64,000 bases of DNA from Nitrosopumilaceae archaeon. GTDB taxonomy: Archaea > Thermoproteota > Nitrososphaeria > Nitrososphaerales > Nitrosopumilaceae. How positions within the stretch are numbered: the first letter of the stretch is position 1; each line of letters begins with the position of its first letter. Position numbers and translations under genes: made by a program. The DNA is taken from assembly GCA_965208905.1 (NCBI GenBank), contig OZ242365.1, positions 928,001 to 992,000 of the forward strand, read 5' to 3'. The notes beneath the pieces were generated by a model. That model worked only from the letters and a program-made list of their open reading frames with translations. It was not told the origin of the DNA and ran no database searches. Shown one piece after another: positions 20,760 to 31,516 of the stretch.

Positions 20760-21239
20760 TTGAGCGTTATACAACAAGTTGCACTAGCACCACGACTGAA
20801 CTACTCTAAGCAACTATTACGTGATGTCATGGATACACTACAGAGGTGTGGTATTGATGCAGAGAAGGATGATGATACAAAATACTCTCTGATAAAGCGC
20901 CAGTACACCATAATGTTTTGTATGGAGGCCCTCGCCAAGGTTAGACAAGCTTTAGAGAGCATTCGTGGCATGGACCAAATACCAAACAATGTGCCACCAA
21001 CCATTGGTGTATTACGGGCAGTGGGAGTCCAGCTCTCCTCTGAGTTTCCCCATTGTAATAATACGCTGTGTGAGCTGGCAGTGCACTTGGGAAGTGTATC
21101 TATGGATTCTGCACTATTGAGACGTATTGACATAAAGTATTCGGGAACTAGATCTGAAGATATGATAAAGAAGTCTCGTATGATGGCAGAGAAGAAGATT
21201 AGAAAGTTATATCCTAACTTTACCACAATACCACAATGA
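20760..21239 (+). CDS. cdvB: divergent CdvB/ESCRT-III (Snf7-like) paralog
   Basis: Helical AL.KV...LE.I....Q....V.P.IGVL pattern; in operon with Vps4-type ATPase. Confidence 0.65.
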   Translation: MSVIQQVALAPRLNYSKQLLRDVMDTLQRCGIDAEKDDDTKYSLIKRQYTIMFCMEALAKVRQALESIRGMDQIPNNVPPTIGVLRAVGVQLSSEFPHCNNTLCELAVHLGSVSMDSALLRRIDIKYSGTRSEDMIKKSRMMAEKKIRKLYPNFTTIPQ

Positions 21240-21673
21240 CACAATTTACAGACTTACGTACTGATGCTGAGCGGATACGCCAACTTCGATTGACAATAAA
21301 CTCGTTGAACATAAACCCTTCTGTCATAAGAAAGATGTCTCACACTGAACTAGACGACGTATCTGATGTACTGCTTCATTTAGAATCACTACTGCTAAAG
21401 TATCAGAGTCAAAGAGAGATGCTGCACCTTCTAGAGAGTTTAGGTGATATAATGCATGAGGCTGCTGACGGTATAGTATCTGTCAATACTGAATTAAATG
21501 ATATAATGGTGAACAATGAGATATCATGCAAGCGCATACAAGAAGTACAGCTCTCCATATGCGGCGAATCAATAAAAAACATTCTTGATGAGAAAAGTTC
21601 AAAAAACTTTACCAAAAGTGAAAAGAAAGTTGACAATGTAAATTATAACCTACAAGATATAACAGAATGGTAA
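21236..21673 (+). CDS. hypothetical coiled-coil protein in cdv operon
   Basis: ATGA overlap with upstream gene and overlap with cdvC. Confidence 0.7.
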   Translation: MTQFTDLRTDAERIRQLRLTINSLNINPSVIRKMSHTELDDVSDVLLHLESLLLKYQSQREMLHLLESLGDIMHEAADGIVSVNTELNDIMVNNEISCKRIQEVQLSICGESIKNILDEKSSKNFTKSEKKVDNVNYNLQDITEW

Positions 21674-22866
21674 TGAGCACTGTTCCTCAAGAATTAGAGA
21701 ATAATGCTAGTAGATATGCCTCTGATGCTATACGATTTGACTCTCAGGGTGCTAGAGGAATGGCAGTCGCCAACTACCAAAAAGCCATAGCATCACTGGC
21801 AAAATTGATAGAGTTGTATCCTGGCAGTAAGCTGAATCCAATATACAAAGATAGGTGCCAGTCATACTACAATAGAATCACACTACTCCAAAACAACAGA
21901 AAACTCGAACCGGCTGTGGACCCCGGCTCTAGTGCGCAGGATCAAAGAACATCTATACAGCGGCAAGAAGAAGCGAATAACTTTGAAGAGCTGATAATGC
22001 ACGAAAAGCCCAACATTACTTGGGCCGAGGTGATTGGACTTGAAGATGCCAAGAGTGCCCTACGTGAATCTATAATATATCCGACCAAAAGACCGGATCT
22101 ATTTCCACTAGGTTGGCCGAAAGGAATGTTGTTGTATGGCCCACCTGGAACTGGCAAGACCATGCTAGCTGCCGCCACCGCCAGTGAGATGGATGGATAC
22201 TTCATAAACGTAGATGCCTCGGCTATGATGAGTAAGTGGCTTGGTGAGGCTGAGAAGAATGTCTCAAAGATATTCAGAATAGCTCGTAAACACGCTGAAC
22301 AGGAGAATAAACCTGTGATATTGTTTGTCGATGAGGTGGACTCTCTTTTGGGTTCTCGAAGCAGTGAAGTGGGCGGTGAGGTGCGCACAAAGAACCAGTT
22401 TCTAACTGAGATGGATGGTGTAAATGGTAAAGGCCACGACCTAATGCTGTACGTTATAGGCGCCACCAACAAGCCTTGGACATTGGATTGGCCATTCTTG
22501 CGACGATTCCAAAAGAGAATATACGTGGCTCTACCAGACTTGCAAGCACGAGTATCTCTGTTTAGGCAATATACAGAAGACTTGCATACGGACTCTTCCA
22601 TTCGCCCTGAGGAACTATCTCGTCTCTTTGATGGGTATAGCGCTAGTGATATACGTGATGTATGTCAGGGCGCCCAGCTAAAGACTGTGCATGAACTATT
22701 CGAGTCACCTGATTATAGGGATCCTGTGGAGGGTGAAGATCTACAGAAGCCCCGGAATTTGACTCTTGATGACTTTCATCAAATAGCATCCCGCCGCAAA
22801 CCTAGTGTCTCTCAAGAGATGGTCATGGCGCATCATCGATGGAGCGAGGAGTTCCGCGCCCTGTAG
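21667..22866 (+). CDS. cdvC: Vps4-like AAA ATPase CdvC
   Basis: N-terminal MIT domain, GPPGTGKT, SKWLGE, DEVD, GATNKPW..D, RRFQKRIY. Confidence 0.92.
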   Translation: MVMSTVPQELENNASRYASDAIRFDSQGARGMAVANYQKAIASLAKLIELYPGSKLNPIYKDRCQSYYNRITLLQNNRKLEPAVDPGSSAQDQRTSIQRQEEANNFEELIMHEKPNITWAEVIGLEDAKSALRESIIYPTKRPDLFPLGWPKGMLLYGPPGTGKTMLAAATASEMDGYFINVDASAMMSKWLGEAEKNVSKIFRIARKHAEQENKPVILFVDEVDSLLGSRSSEVGGEVRTKNQFLTEMDGVNGKGHDLMLYVIGATNKPWTLDWPFLRRFQKRIYVALPDLQARVSLFRQYTEDLHTDSSIRPEELSRLFDGYSASDIRDVCQGAQLKTVHELFESPDYRDPVEGEDLQKPRNLTLDDFHQIASRRKPSVSQEMVMAHHRWSEEFRAL

Positions 22867-22883
22867 CTGCAAAAAGATTCTTC

Positions 22884-23937
22884 TGTTGTACAAAAATTAG
22901 GTTCGACTAAGTTCTGGTTGCAAGCAAAGGAATACTTCACGCTTTATCGATCACGAAAAAAGATGAAAATGACAAAGTTGACGGATAAACAGATACGATA
23001 CGCCATAAGGGAACGTGGTAAGGGTAAGACGCTTGTTGACATAGCAGACGATATAGGTGTAACACCACAACATGTAGGACGACTATGTGCAGAGTTTACA
23101 AGAACAGGACAGATACACGTGCAACAAAAGCCAGGCCGGCCAGTCCACCCACCACCGTCGGCAGAGGAGGTCCGAACCGTGTTGAACAAACATGCAGAGG
23201 AAGATGTAGGCATCATACGAACAGCAAGGAGGGTCAGAAAAGACAATCCGAATATAAGCTATGCCACCATATATCGCATAATGAAAGAACATGGACTAGT
23301 CACATCATCTGTAGCAAAATCCAAAAAAAGAAAATACGTTAGGTATGAGCGCAAATATTCCAATGCCATGTGGCATGTTGACTGGCATATAATGAAGGAT
23401 CAACGCTTTGCAGGGCTCAACCTAGTCACATTTCTAGATGATTCATCAAGGTGTATAACGGGTGCTGCCCTATTCAAGGAAGCCACCTCAGAAAACGTAG
23501 TAGATGTGCTGCGACAAGCAATAGCGAGATTTGGTACACCGGCCACTATCCTCTCAGATAATGGTAGGTGTTTTAACGGGGGAAGAAGGCATGACGATTC
23601 ACCTAAGGGCAAATGGAAGCCTACTGCGTTTGAGGCCGAGTTGTTAGACCGTGGAATCGAGATGATAAACTCACGACCGTATCATCCGCAGACAAACGGC
23701 AAACTGGAACGCTTTCACGGTAGTATAGAGACAGAGATACATCATTATGATAGTCTATCTTCCTATATAGAGTACTATAATGAGCGCAGACTTCACTTTT
23801 CGTTGGATATTGACAACTACGAGACACCACTACAGGCATTTTCTGTCAGAAAGGCCACAAAAGCGATCAGAGAAAAGGACCCAAAATGGATGGAGAGAGA
23901 TACCGATGATTAACGAACATAATTTTCATATAAAACA
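22884..23937 (+). mobile_element. IS481-family insertion sequence
   Basis: TGT...ACA imperfect terminal inverted repeats; 17-bp flanking direct repeats (22867-22883, 23938-23954). Confidence 0.85.
22963..23913 (+). CDS. IS481-family DDE transposase (integrase core)
   Basis: N-terminal HTH, WHVD, LDDSSR, ILSDNG, PYHPQTNGKLERF motifs. Confidence 0.92.
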   Translation: MKMTKLTDKQIRYAIRERGKGKTLVDIADDIGVTPQHVGRLCAEFTRTGQIHVQQKPGRPVHPPPSAEEVRTVLNKHAEEDVGIIRTARRVRKDNPNISYATIYRIMKEHGLVTSSVAKSKKRKYVRYERKYSNAMWHVDWHIMKDQRFAGLNLVTFLDDSSRCITGAALFKEATSENVVDVLRQAIARFGTPATILSDNGRCFNGGRRHDDSPKGKWKPTAFEAELLDRGIEMINSRPYHPQTNGKLERFHGSIETEIHHYDSLSSYIEYYNERRLHFSLDIDNYETPLQAFSVRKATKAIREKDPKWMERDTDD

Positions 23938-23989
23938 CTGCAAAAAGATTCTGCAAAGACTTTTAAATATACATTGCATTGATTTCCTA

Positions 23990-25294
23990 ATGAATAAATT
24001 TACTTTACCAGTAATTGTAGCTGGACTGGCAATTATGTTCGTATCGACTCCTACTGTTCTAGCACAGGAGATGATGAGCAATGAGATGCCAAGCTTTATT
24101 CTTACAATTGCATGTACTGTATATGGTGACACCACAGATGATATTATATCGTTGGTCTTTGGCCTTGATGGCTCAGACTGTACTATATCGACTGAGCATG
24201 TGGAGGTTTTGGAACATGATCCGCCAACAATAGTAACTATGGTTGAGGGGTCACTACTCCCTGACTGTCAAGTTACTGATGACTGCTTTGACCCCAATAC
24301 TGTCACAATAAGTCCGGGCGATACAGTTGCGTGGGTTAATGAAGACTCTCTAATTCACACAGTCACCGCTCTTAATCCACATCCTGATGGTGTACTGGAC
24401 AGCTTTGTCAATCCAGGAGATCAGTTTGAGTTTACATTTGATACTCCCGGAGAGTATCCCTACCACTGTGTTCTTCACCCATGGGCTGTTGGAAAAGTAA
24501 TTGTGGAATCTTCTGAATCAATTGATGGTGAAAACCGTCATGCAGAGGTAATGGATGAAATAATTGCGCAGTATGATGTCCGCGGCGATGCCATACTCAA
24601 GTATATCAATGAGTCTGTAGGCTCATTATACACAGATGTTTCGGTATTTGTTGTAGACAAAGAGAGTCTGACTCTTGTGGCTCATAGTACTGCTCCTCAA
24701 TATATCGGCATAGATGCAAATGCGGTGCTTAATCAAGCTGCAATTCCTGCAGAATATTTAATTGAACTATTACAGACACAAACTGATGGTGTCTGGATTA
24801 GCTATCCGGTACCGGATCCAACCGACCCAACCAATGTACTGTTCTATGATCGTGGCTGGTTCAAATCCTCTGGCGACTACTACTTTGCCGTAAGAACCTC
24901 ATTAACTAATGAATCCACTGTTCAAAATGTAGTTAATGAACTTGTTCGAGTGCATGCACTGTATCCAGCTGATACAATAAACAATATCAACACGCGTACG
25001 ACAGGGGATCCTAATTACCCGTTCATTCTGAGCCCTGCAGATTATACAGTTCTGGCACATGGTGCAAACCCTGATAGAGTGGGCGCAACTTCCATTGCCC
25101 TAACTGATGCCGACCGACCTGTTGACGAGATTATCGCTGATCTGCAAAACAATGATGGTACGTGGGTAGAATACACATTTGCACATCCCACTACTGGTAT
25201 GGATCAGAGTAAGCGCACATGGCTTGTATTGTATGACGACCTCATATTCGGTGCAGGCTATTACATAGATGATAACTCTATGACATCTCCATAG
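23990..25294 (+). CDS. secreted cupredoxin fused to two Cache domains
   Basis: Signal peptide from MNKFTL (23990); HTVT and YHCVLHPW copper site; then VAH/LAHGANP..VG and W..Y...P.T....K Cache repeats. Confidence 0.85.
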   Translation: MNKFTLPVIVAGLAIMFVSTPTVLAQEMMSNEMPSFILTIACTVYGDTTDDIISLVFGLDGSDCTISTEHVEVLEHDPPTIVTMVEGSLLPDCQVTDDCFDPNTVTISPGDTVAWVNEDSLIHTVTALNPHPDGVLDSFVNPGDQFEFTFDTPGEYPYHCVLHPWAVGKVIVESSESIDGENRHAEVMDEIIAQYDVRGDAILKYINESVGSLYTDVSVFVVDKESLTLVAHSTAPQYIGIDANAVLNQAAIPAEYLIELLQTQTDGVWISYPVPDPTDPTNVLFYDRGWFKSSGDYYFAVRTSLTNESTVQNVVNELVRVHALYPADTINNINTRTTGDPNYPFILSPADYTVLAHGANPDRVGATSIALTDADRPVDEIIADLQNNDGTWVEYTFAHPTTGMDQSKRTWLVLYDDLIFGAGYYIDDNSMTSP

Positions 25295-25340
25295 TGCATA
25301 AAAATATAGATTTTTATTAATTTTAACCGGTATTCCAGAT

Positions 25341-27008
25341 ATGGATTCTAGATATAGTATCATTCGACGCAACACACTAAAGGCTCGAGCATTAGTCATC
25401 AGGGCTACTGCCGCGGCCGGCTCTGGACATCCGGGTGGCTCGTTCTCCATGGCTGAGATACTAGGTTGCCTATTCTACAAACATATGACATATGATACTA
25501 ACAATCCACTCTGGAAAGATAGGGACAGACTGGTATTATCCAAGGGTCATGCAGCACCTGGACTCTTCTCCCATTTGGCCATATCTGGATTTATACAGGA
25601 GTCTGAAGTAGAGACGCTCCGCTCCTTGGGTAGCAGACTACAAGGACACCCTGATATGAAATGTCCTGGTGTGGAATTTTGTGGGGGTTCATTAGGTACT
25701 GGCCTGTCATATTCAGTAGGTATGGCACTTGCTGCGCGCCTAGATGGATTGAGCAGTCGCATATATACTGTGGTTGGCGATGGAGAGTCCAACGAGGGGC
25801 AGATATGGGAGGCGACCATGACCGCAGCAAAGTTCAAACTGGATAACCTAACGGTAATCTTAGATAGAAACTACGTCCAGCAAGACTCGTATACGGAAGG
25901 AGTTATGCCACTTGATGCCGCGACTAAAAGTTCTGACCCTGTTGCGGCCAGAGGAGATCCCACTGCGTGGCGAACCTCTGATAAATGGCGCGCCTTTGGC
26001 TGGCATGTGATAGAGGTTGATGGCCACCGTATAGAGCAGATAGACTCTGCCATCACTGAATCCAAAAGGATATCTGGGAAGCCCACCATAATAATATCTA
26101 GAACCGTAAAAGGCAAGGGCGTGCAACACATGGAGGATAACCCCAAATGGCATGGCAAAGCGCCCTCCAAATCAATGGTTCCAATAATACTTGATGAATT
26201 AAAGTCCCAGAGTTTGGTGGCACCATCAATTATTGCTGGTGATATGACTCGCCTGGACTTGGAGGTAAAACGTTGTGATGAGGCTGGTTCTGATTACATA
26301 CATATGGATGTGATGGATGGTGCCTTTGTTCCTGTCGTTACCTTTGATCATGAAAAACTAAAAGAACTCCGTCCTTTAACTGATATACCCTTTGACTCAC
26401 ATCTAATGATATCTGAACCTGTAAAACATGTAAAGAGGTACGCTGAAGCCGGCAGTGACATAATAACTGTCCATGCTGAAGCATGTAATGTATCGGAGTT
26501 TGGTGAGATACACGACTATCTGAGGAGTGTTGGTGTTGGTGTGGGCATAGCAATAAACCCCAAAACGTCTCTGCCTGTATGGCTAAAAGAGTTTGTACCC
26601 ACACTAGACCAAGTTATAGTGATGTCTGTGGTTCCCGGATATTCGGGTCAGAGTTACATACCTGAATCACACAAAAAGACCCGAGACGTAATTCAATCAC
26701 TAAATAAGATGGGCTTTAATGGTGTAGTGGAGGCTGATGGTGGCGTAAATGTATCAAATGTCGCAGACTGCTTTGATGATGGCGCCCGCGTCTTTGTGGG
26801 TGGCAGCTCCATGGTGGGGCAACCTGATATGAGACGAGCAATTGATGATATCAAAAATAGTATATCATACGCTCGCCGTAGAATGTTGTTACACAGGGCG
26901 CACATACTGGGAGGTTCTGATATGGTAAATAATTGGATTGCACTACATGAAGTTGGAGAGCAGCATAATGTATTGCATCAGATTGCGCAGGAGTGTGGTG
27001 TATTGTGA
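25341..27008 (+). CDS. transketolase N-terminal subunit fused to ribulose-phosphate 3-epimerase
   Basis: SGHPGGS, LSKGHAAP, LQGHP, GDGESNEG followed by APSI, HMDVMDG.FVP, HLM, MSVVPG, DGGVN. Confidence 0.93.
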   Translation: MDSRYSIIRRNTLKARALVIRATAAAGSGHPGGSFSMAEILGCLFYKHMTYDTNNPLWKDRDRLVLSKGHAAPGLFSHLAISGFIQESEVETLRSLGSRLQGHPDMKCPGVEFCGGSLGTGLSYSVGMALAARLDGLSSRIYTVVGDGESNEGQIWEATMTAAKFKLDNLTVILDRNYVQQDSYTEGVMPLDAATKSSDPVAARGDPTAWRTSDKWRAFGWHVIEVDGHRIEQIDSAITESKRISGKPTIIISRTVKGKGVQHMEDNPKWHGKAPSKSMVPIILDELKSQSLVAPSIIAGDMTRLDLEVKRCDEAGSDYIHMDVMDGAFVPVVTFDHEKLKELRPLTDIPFDSHLMISEPVKHVKRYAEAGSDIITVHAEACNVSEFGEIHDYLRSVGVGVGIAINPKTSLPVWLKEFVPTLDQVIVMSVVPGYSGQSYIPESHKKTRDVIQSLNKMGFNGVVEADGGVNVSNVADCFDDGARVFVGGSSMVGQPDMRRAIDDIKNSISYARRRMLLHRAHILGGSDMVNNWIALHEVGEQHNVLHQIAQECGVL

Positions 27009-27958
27009 CGCCAGATATGCGCACCGAGTATGGCCGGGCATTACTTGAGATAGGGCGGGACAATGATGATGTGGTCGTACTAGGTGCGGATACCACCGAC
27101 TCTTTAAAGACTGCCGGCTTTGGCCGCGAATTTCCTGATAGATTGTTCAACGTGGGAATTGCCGAAGGAAATATGGTGTCCATGGCTGCCGGATTGGCAT
27201 ACTCGGGCAAGATACCGTTTGCCAGCACATATGCGATATTTCTTCCTGGTCGCGCAGTTGATCAAATTCGCAATAATGTGGCATATCCCACAAGAGATGA
27301 CAGACGAGGTCTCAATGTGAAACTTGTAGCATCCCATGGTGGCCTCTCGGTTGGAGCCGATGGTGGCTCACACCAACAACTTGAGGATATTGCCATAATG
27401 CGCGCCATCCCCAACTTTACAGTACTAGTCCCGGCCGACTCTGCATCGGTATACTCCCTAACACATACCATGGCCAAAGTATATGGTCCATTTTACATGC
27501 GAATGGCCCGCTCAAAGACCACCATGGTATATGATGACAACTGTGATATACTTCCCGGAAAGGCTACAATTCTGCGAGATGGCTCAGACTGTACCATTGC
27601 TGCATGTGGCATCACAGTTGCTATGGCTCTAGAGGCTGCATCCACACTACATAAAGAAGGCATAAGCTGTCAGGTCTTGGATGTATTCTCGATAAAACCC
27701 ATTGATGATATCACACTTGAGAAGGCCGCACGTCATACCGGACGTATACTGACATGTGAAGAACACAATATAATTGGCGGCATGGGCTCTGCAGTGGCAG
27801 AGTCGGTCTCATCATCGTATCCTGTTATAGTGAGGCGAGTGGGAGTGAACGATACATTTGGTGAGTCTGCGCGTGATGCGCAGGTACCTGAGTTGTTGGC
27901 GCAGCATGGTCTGTCATCCATTAATATTACCAAGCAAGTCAGAGAACTTGTAAGATGA
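27005..27958 (+). CDS. transketolase C-terminal subunit
   Basis: NVGIAE, DGGSHQ, EEHNIIGGMGS; GTG start overlapping upstream stop. Confidence 0.93.
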   Translation: MTPDMRTEYGRALLEIGRDNDDVVVLGADTTDSLKTAGFGREFPDRLFNVGIAEGNMVSMAAGLAYSGKIPFASTYAIFLPGRAVDQIRNNVAYPTRDDRRGLNVKLVASHGGLSVGADGGSHQQLEDIAIMRAIPNFTVLVPADSASVYSLTHTMAKVYGPFYMRMARSKTTMVYDDNCDILPGKATILRDGSDCTIAACGITVAMALEAASTLHKEGISCQVLDVFSIKPIDDITLEKAARHTGRILTCEEHNIIGGMGSAVAESVSSSYPVIVRRVGVNDTFGESARDAQVPELLAQHGLSSINITKQVRELVR

Positions 27959-28608
27959 AGATCTTTCTAGACACCGCAAATATAGATGAGATTCGTCGCT
28001 TCAATGACATGGGTCTGCTTGATGGTATAACCACCAATCCCTCACTGCTGTTTCGTGAGGGGCAAGACCCAGACAGTGTTATGAGGCAGATAACATCCAT
28101 GATAGATGGTGATGTTAGTCTAGAGGTTGTATCCACCAAGTATGAAGAGATGGTTCAGGAAGGCCTGAATCTATACAGGACAGGTGATAATGTGGTGGTA
28201 AAGGTTCCCATGACTCCTGATGGCCTTCATGCATGTCAAACACTCTCATCTAGAAATATACCTGTTAATGTTACACTGATATTCTCTGCCAATCAGGCAG
28301 TGTTGGCTGCCAAATCTGGAGCCAAGTATGTCTCTCCCTTTATAGGCAGGCTAGATGATATAGGTCATGACGGTATGGATTTAATTCGTACAATACTGGA
28401 GATATTCCGACATTACGACTTTGACACACAGGTGCTAGTTGCCAGTGTCCGGCACCCATTACATGTAGTTGAGGCAGCTCGCTTGGGGGCTCATGTAGTT
28501 ACACTGCCACCAAACGTGCTAGACAAGATGATCAAGCACCCATTAACTGATATTGGTTTGGACAGCTTTTTGTCTGATTGGAGACTCTTACAAGAGTCAC
28601 AAAAGTGA
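27955..28608 (+). CDS. tal: transaldolase / fructose-6-phosphate aldolase family
   Basis: FLDTAN, GITTNPSL, VVKVP, YVSPFIGR, ASVR. Confidence 0.93.
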   Translation: MKIFLDTANIDEIRRFNDMGLLDGITTNPSLLFREGQDPDSVMRQITSMIDGDVSLEVVSTKYEEMVQEGLNLYRTGDNVVVKVPMTPDGLHACQTLSSRNIPVNVTLIFSANQAVLAAKSGAKYVSPFIGRLDDIGHDGMDLIRTILEIFRHYDFDTQVLVASVRHPLHVVEAARLGAHVVTLPPNVLDKMIKHPLTDIGLDSFLSDWRLLQESQK

Positions 28609-29211
28609 TTATCGATAACTTGTGTAATTGTACATGTCGTGTATGGCGGCATTGTTGCAAATCCGACTGATACAGCAAAGTAGGTATATCTCAGACTAAA
28701 TTTTATCTAAACCATGATATTTTGTTAAAGTCATCGATTCCATATGCCATGATAGTCTGCAAATTAAAGTCTCCACTTGTACATATACATAGTTGACACA
28801 TTTGCTCTAAACCACATGAGTCATTATTTCCTTTCACGCAGCTGTAGCTTCAATAACGTCAAAATTTTGTCGTTGCCCTCTATGAATATTCCTGACATTT
28901 CAGTTGGGGTCTTGCCGTTAAGTCTTATATATGATCTGAAAAAGTTATGAGCAAGTATACCCATCTGTATAATTGCCGGATTATTTGTCTTCAAGCTGCC
29001 CTGCTTGCAAATCAGGGGCTTTATGGTCCTGATGATGCTTTCCTGAATATTGTTATGATTAAATTCATTTCGGATATGTATCTCGTATAGTACACTAGAC
29101 GGCGCCCTGCTCTACACTTGAACGTCTTTTTGACGGGCTTGCAAAAGTCATGCAGACCGTCCGTGATAAAGACCCTGAGAACTACCTCCGCTTACTACCT
29201 CCTGGAACATA

Positions 29212-30325
29212 TATAGTTGGGAGCATAAATAATCCTACATTCTGTTAGAAAGGCATAAATGATCAAAATCACTAACTAATTATATGAGTAACCAAACTGA
29301 TGCCCAAAAAATAAAGGCTGCACTAAAACAGACTAAGAGTACAACGCAATACGCCCGTATCGTAGCCGTAAATATGGTGCGCATTAAAGGATATACCATC
29401 TCTGCGGCAGCGGATGTGCTTGGTGTCGATCGTAGCACCATATATGATTGGCTTAATGTCTACGACCATAAAGGCCTGGATGGCCTCGCCGATGGTGCGA
29501 GGCCTGGCCGTCCATCTTTTGTACCGCGCCACACATTAGAGAATATAATTAACAATACCAAGCAATTCACCGCCTACGGATTTGTTAAACTGGCTGAGAA
29601 AAAGACCGGCATAAAATACAGCGAATCGCAAGCGCGCCGTATCCTTAGGTCTCTTGGCTTCACTATACGGAAGACTCCCCGGATATCCGACCGAATTCCA
29701 CCAAGGAAAGATCTCGAAATCTGGCAGAAAGATACTACAAATGAGATAAAAATACTGAAAAAAGATGGATTCACGCCTATAATGTCGGACGAAAGTCACC
29801 AAAATTTGAGCATGTTTGGCAGCGGCGCAGTCTATACACGCGGTGATGCCATACCGGTACAAACGCCACTCGGCAACCAGCGCCAGACCATATACGGCGG
29901 CATCACGCTGGACGGGCAGACATGCTATATGGCCGCTAGCAAGGCCAACGACAGGTCCTTTATCCGGTATTTGAACAAGACGAAAAAACGGTTCGGCAAG
30001 GTTGCCGTAATATTGGATAATGCCGCATATCACAACTCTAACCGCGTAAAGCGATACTTGAAAAAGAATAATAATTTCGTCAAACTGATATTCTTGCCTC
30101 CGTACTCGCCGTTTTTAAATCCGGCCGAATGGTTATGGCTCAACGGCAAGGCAAGGATACGGCGAACTTTCAGGCGGCCGGCCAAAAGATATTTCCGAAG
30201 AAAAATCATGCTGATATACGAGTCACTGGAAATAAAGTTTGATCCGCGCAATATTCTATTCAGAAATTTAGACAAAATCCTACCGGTGTAAAACTGGTGT
30301 CGGGTTATTTATGCACCTAACTATA
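29212..30325 (+). mobile_element. IS630-family insertion sequence
   Basis: About 28-bp imperfect TIRs (TATAGTTGGGAGCATAAATAATCCTACA / TGTCGGGTTATTTATGCACCTAACTATA) with terminal TA. Confidence 0.9.
29284..30291 (+). CDS. IS630-family transposase
   Basis: HTH + GRP, MSDES, LDNAAYH, FLPPYSPFLNPAE. Confidence 0.94.
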   Translation: MSNQTDAQKIKAALKQTKSTTQYARIVAVNMVRIKGYTISAAADVLGVDRSTIYDWLNVYDHKGLDGLADGARPGRPSFVPRHTLENIINNTKQFTAYGFVKLAEKKTGIKYSESQARRILRSLGFTIRKTPRISDRIPPRKDLEIWQKDTTNEIKILKKDGFTPIMSDESHQNLSMFGSGAVYTRGDAIPVQTPLGNQRQTIYGGITLDGQTCYMAASKANDRSFIRYLNKTKKRFGKVAVILDNAAYHNSNRVKRYLKKNNNFVKLIFLPPYSPFLNPAEWLWLNGKARIRRTFRRPAKRYFRRKIMLIYESLEIKFDPRNILFRNLDKILPV

Positions 30326-30533
30326 CCGTAGCTTTACGTCAAATTTTACGGGGAAGGCCATATGAGACAGTATAAACCGTGAGGAGTTATCCATAACTGC
30401 AAACAGATACGGGTTGCCCCTTAACATTCGAAAACATATCTCATCACAATTCCATTGGTGTCCCGTATTTGGTCGAAATTTTGTTAACTGGTGTATAAAA
30501 AAACTTTATAGGAAAATAATACATGATTATTTC

Positions 30534-30878
30534 ATGTCCAAAACTGAAACGATAGATTACAATGAGGTCGCGAAACCGGTACTGAAAATGATGGTAGATC
30601 GCATCGTCAGGAATTTTAATCCGGAGCGAATAATACTGTTCGGCTCTTACGCGCGCGGCACACCGAATTTTCACAGCGACATTGATCTGTTGGTTATAAT
30701 GGAGAACGGCGCTAAAAGACGGGAAACTGCAGTAAAAATACGCAAACTACTGAGAAATTCACCTATAGCGAAAGATGTGGTTGTGACCACCACCGGAAAT
30801 ATTGAAAAGTACGGTAACGTTCCGGGTTATGTAATCTACAACGCTCTCCGGGAGGGAGTAATGCTTTATGAACGATGA
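30534..30878 (+). CDS. minimal nucleotidyltransferase (MNT antitoxin)
   Basis: ILFGSYARG....SDIDLLV motif; start taken at MSKT. Confidence 0.9.
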   Translation: MSKTETIDYNEVAKPVLKMMVDRIVRNFNPERIILFGSYARGTPNFHSDIDLLVIMENGAKRRETAVKIRKLLRNSPIAKDVVVTTTGNIEKYGNVPGYVIYNALREGVMLYER

Positions 30879-31263
30879 TGCTGTAAACGGGTGGCTAAAA
30901 AAGGCCGATAATGAACTCAATAGGGCCCAAAACTGCGCCAGCGGCTTGGATGTGGACGGCGCGTGTTACAATTCACAACAATCGATTGAAAAAGCACTGA
31001 AAGCGGCATTGGTCTTTGAGAACATAAACCCCCCGTATGTGCACGATTTGGAAAACCTGTGCGACTTACTGCCGGACGGATGGTCTGTAAAAAGTACGCC
31101 GTACAATCTGGAACGAATTTCAGTATGGAATGTAACGACGCGCTACCCGATAGAAGACGACGGTGAAGCGCTGGATGGAGACGACGCATCGTATGGTCTA
31201 TCTGCAGCACAAAACATTTGCAATTCGATAAAGAATGAAATAAATCGGCGCAGACATGGTTAG
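30868..31263 (+). CDS. HEPN domain protein (partner of MNT)
   Basis: ACYNSQQSIEKALKA, HDL, RYP motifs; overlaps MNT gene. Confidence 0.9.
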   Translation: MNDDAVNGWLKKADNELNRAQNCASGLDVDGACYNSQQSIEKALKAALVFENINPPYVHDLENLCDLLPDGWSVKSTPYNLERISVWNVTTRYPIEDDGEALDGDDASYGLSAAQNICNSIKNEINRRRHG

Positions 31264-31516
31264 TATCACCTACGTAAACCGGTACCGCGTGTGTGATGAC
31301 TGGGATCATAATTAACCATCCATTACTTTACGTCAAAAATATTTTATCCAGGCTTCTGGGCAGGATGTTGCGCATGGTTCCGACGGCGGTTATACGCCCA
31401 TTCGCTTCAGACTCATTACATTTAGTCTGTGAGGAAGACAATCCACGTAATTGCAAATTATTAAAAATATTATATTCAAACCTCATATTCCTGATTTTGG
31501 TATATGGGCGATTTTT

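Larger units (their letters stand above)
28648..30477 (-). pseudogene. degraded IS6-like DDE transposase split by the IS630 element
   Basis: Minus-strand fragments HQWNCDE..YLFAVMDNSSRF (30326-30477) and FITDGL, NNIQE, HNFFR...GKTP (about 28800-29210); IS26-like end GGCATTGTTGCAAA at 28648-28661. Confidence 0.7.

Noticed and set aside
23780-23989. N-terminal extension of the 504-aa ORF
   Set aside because: Lies in the IS481 end; the signal peptide and TATA-like box support a start at 23990.
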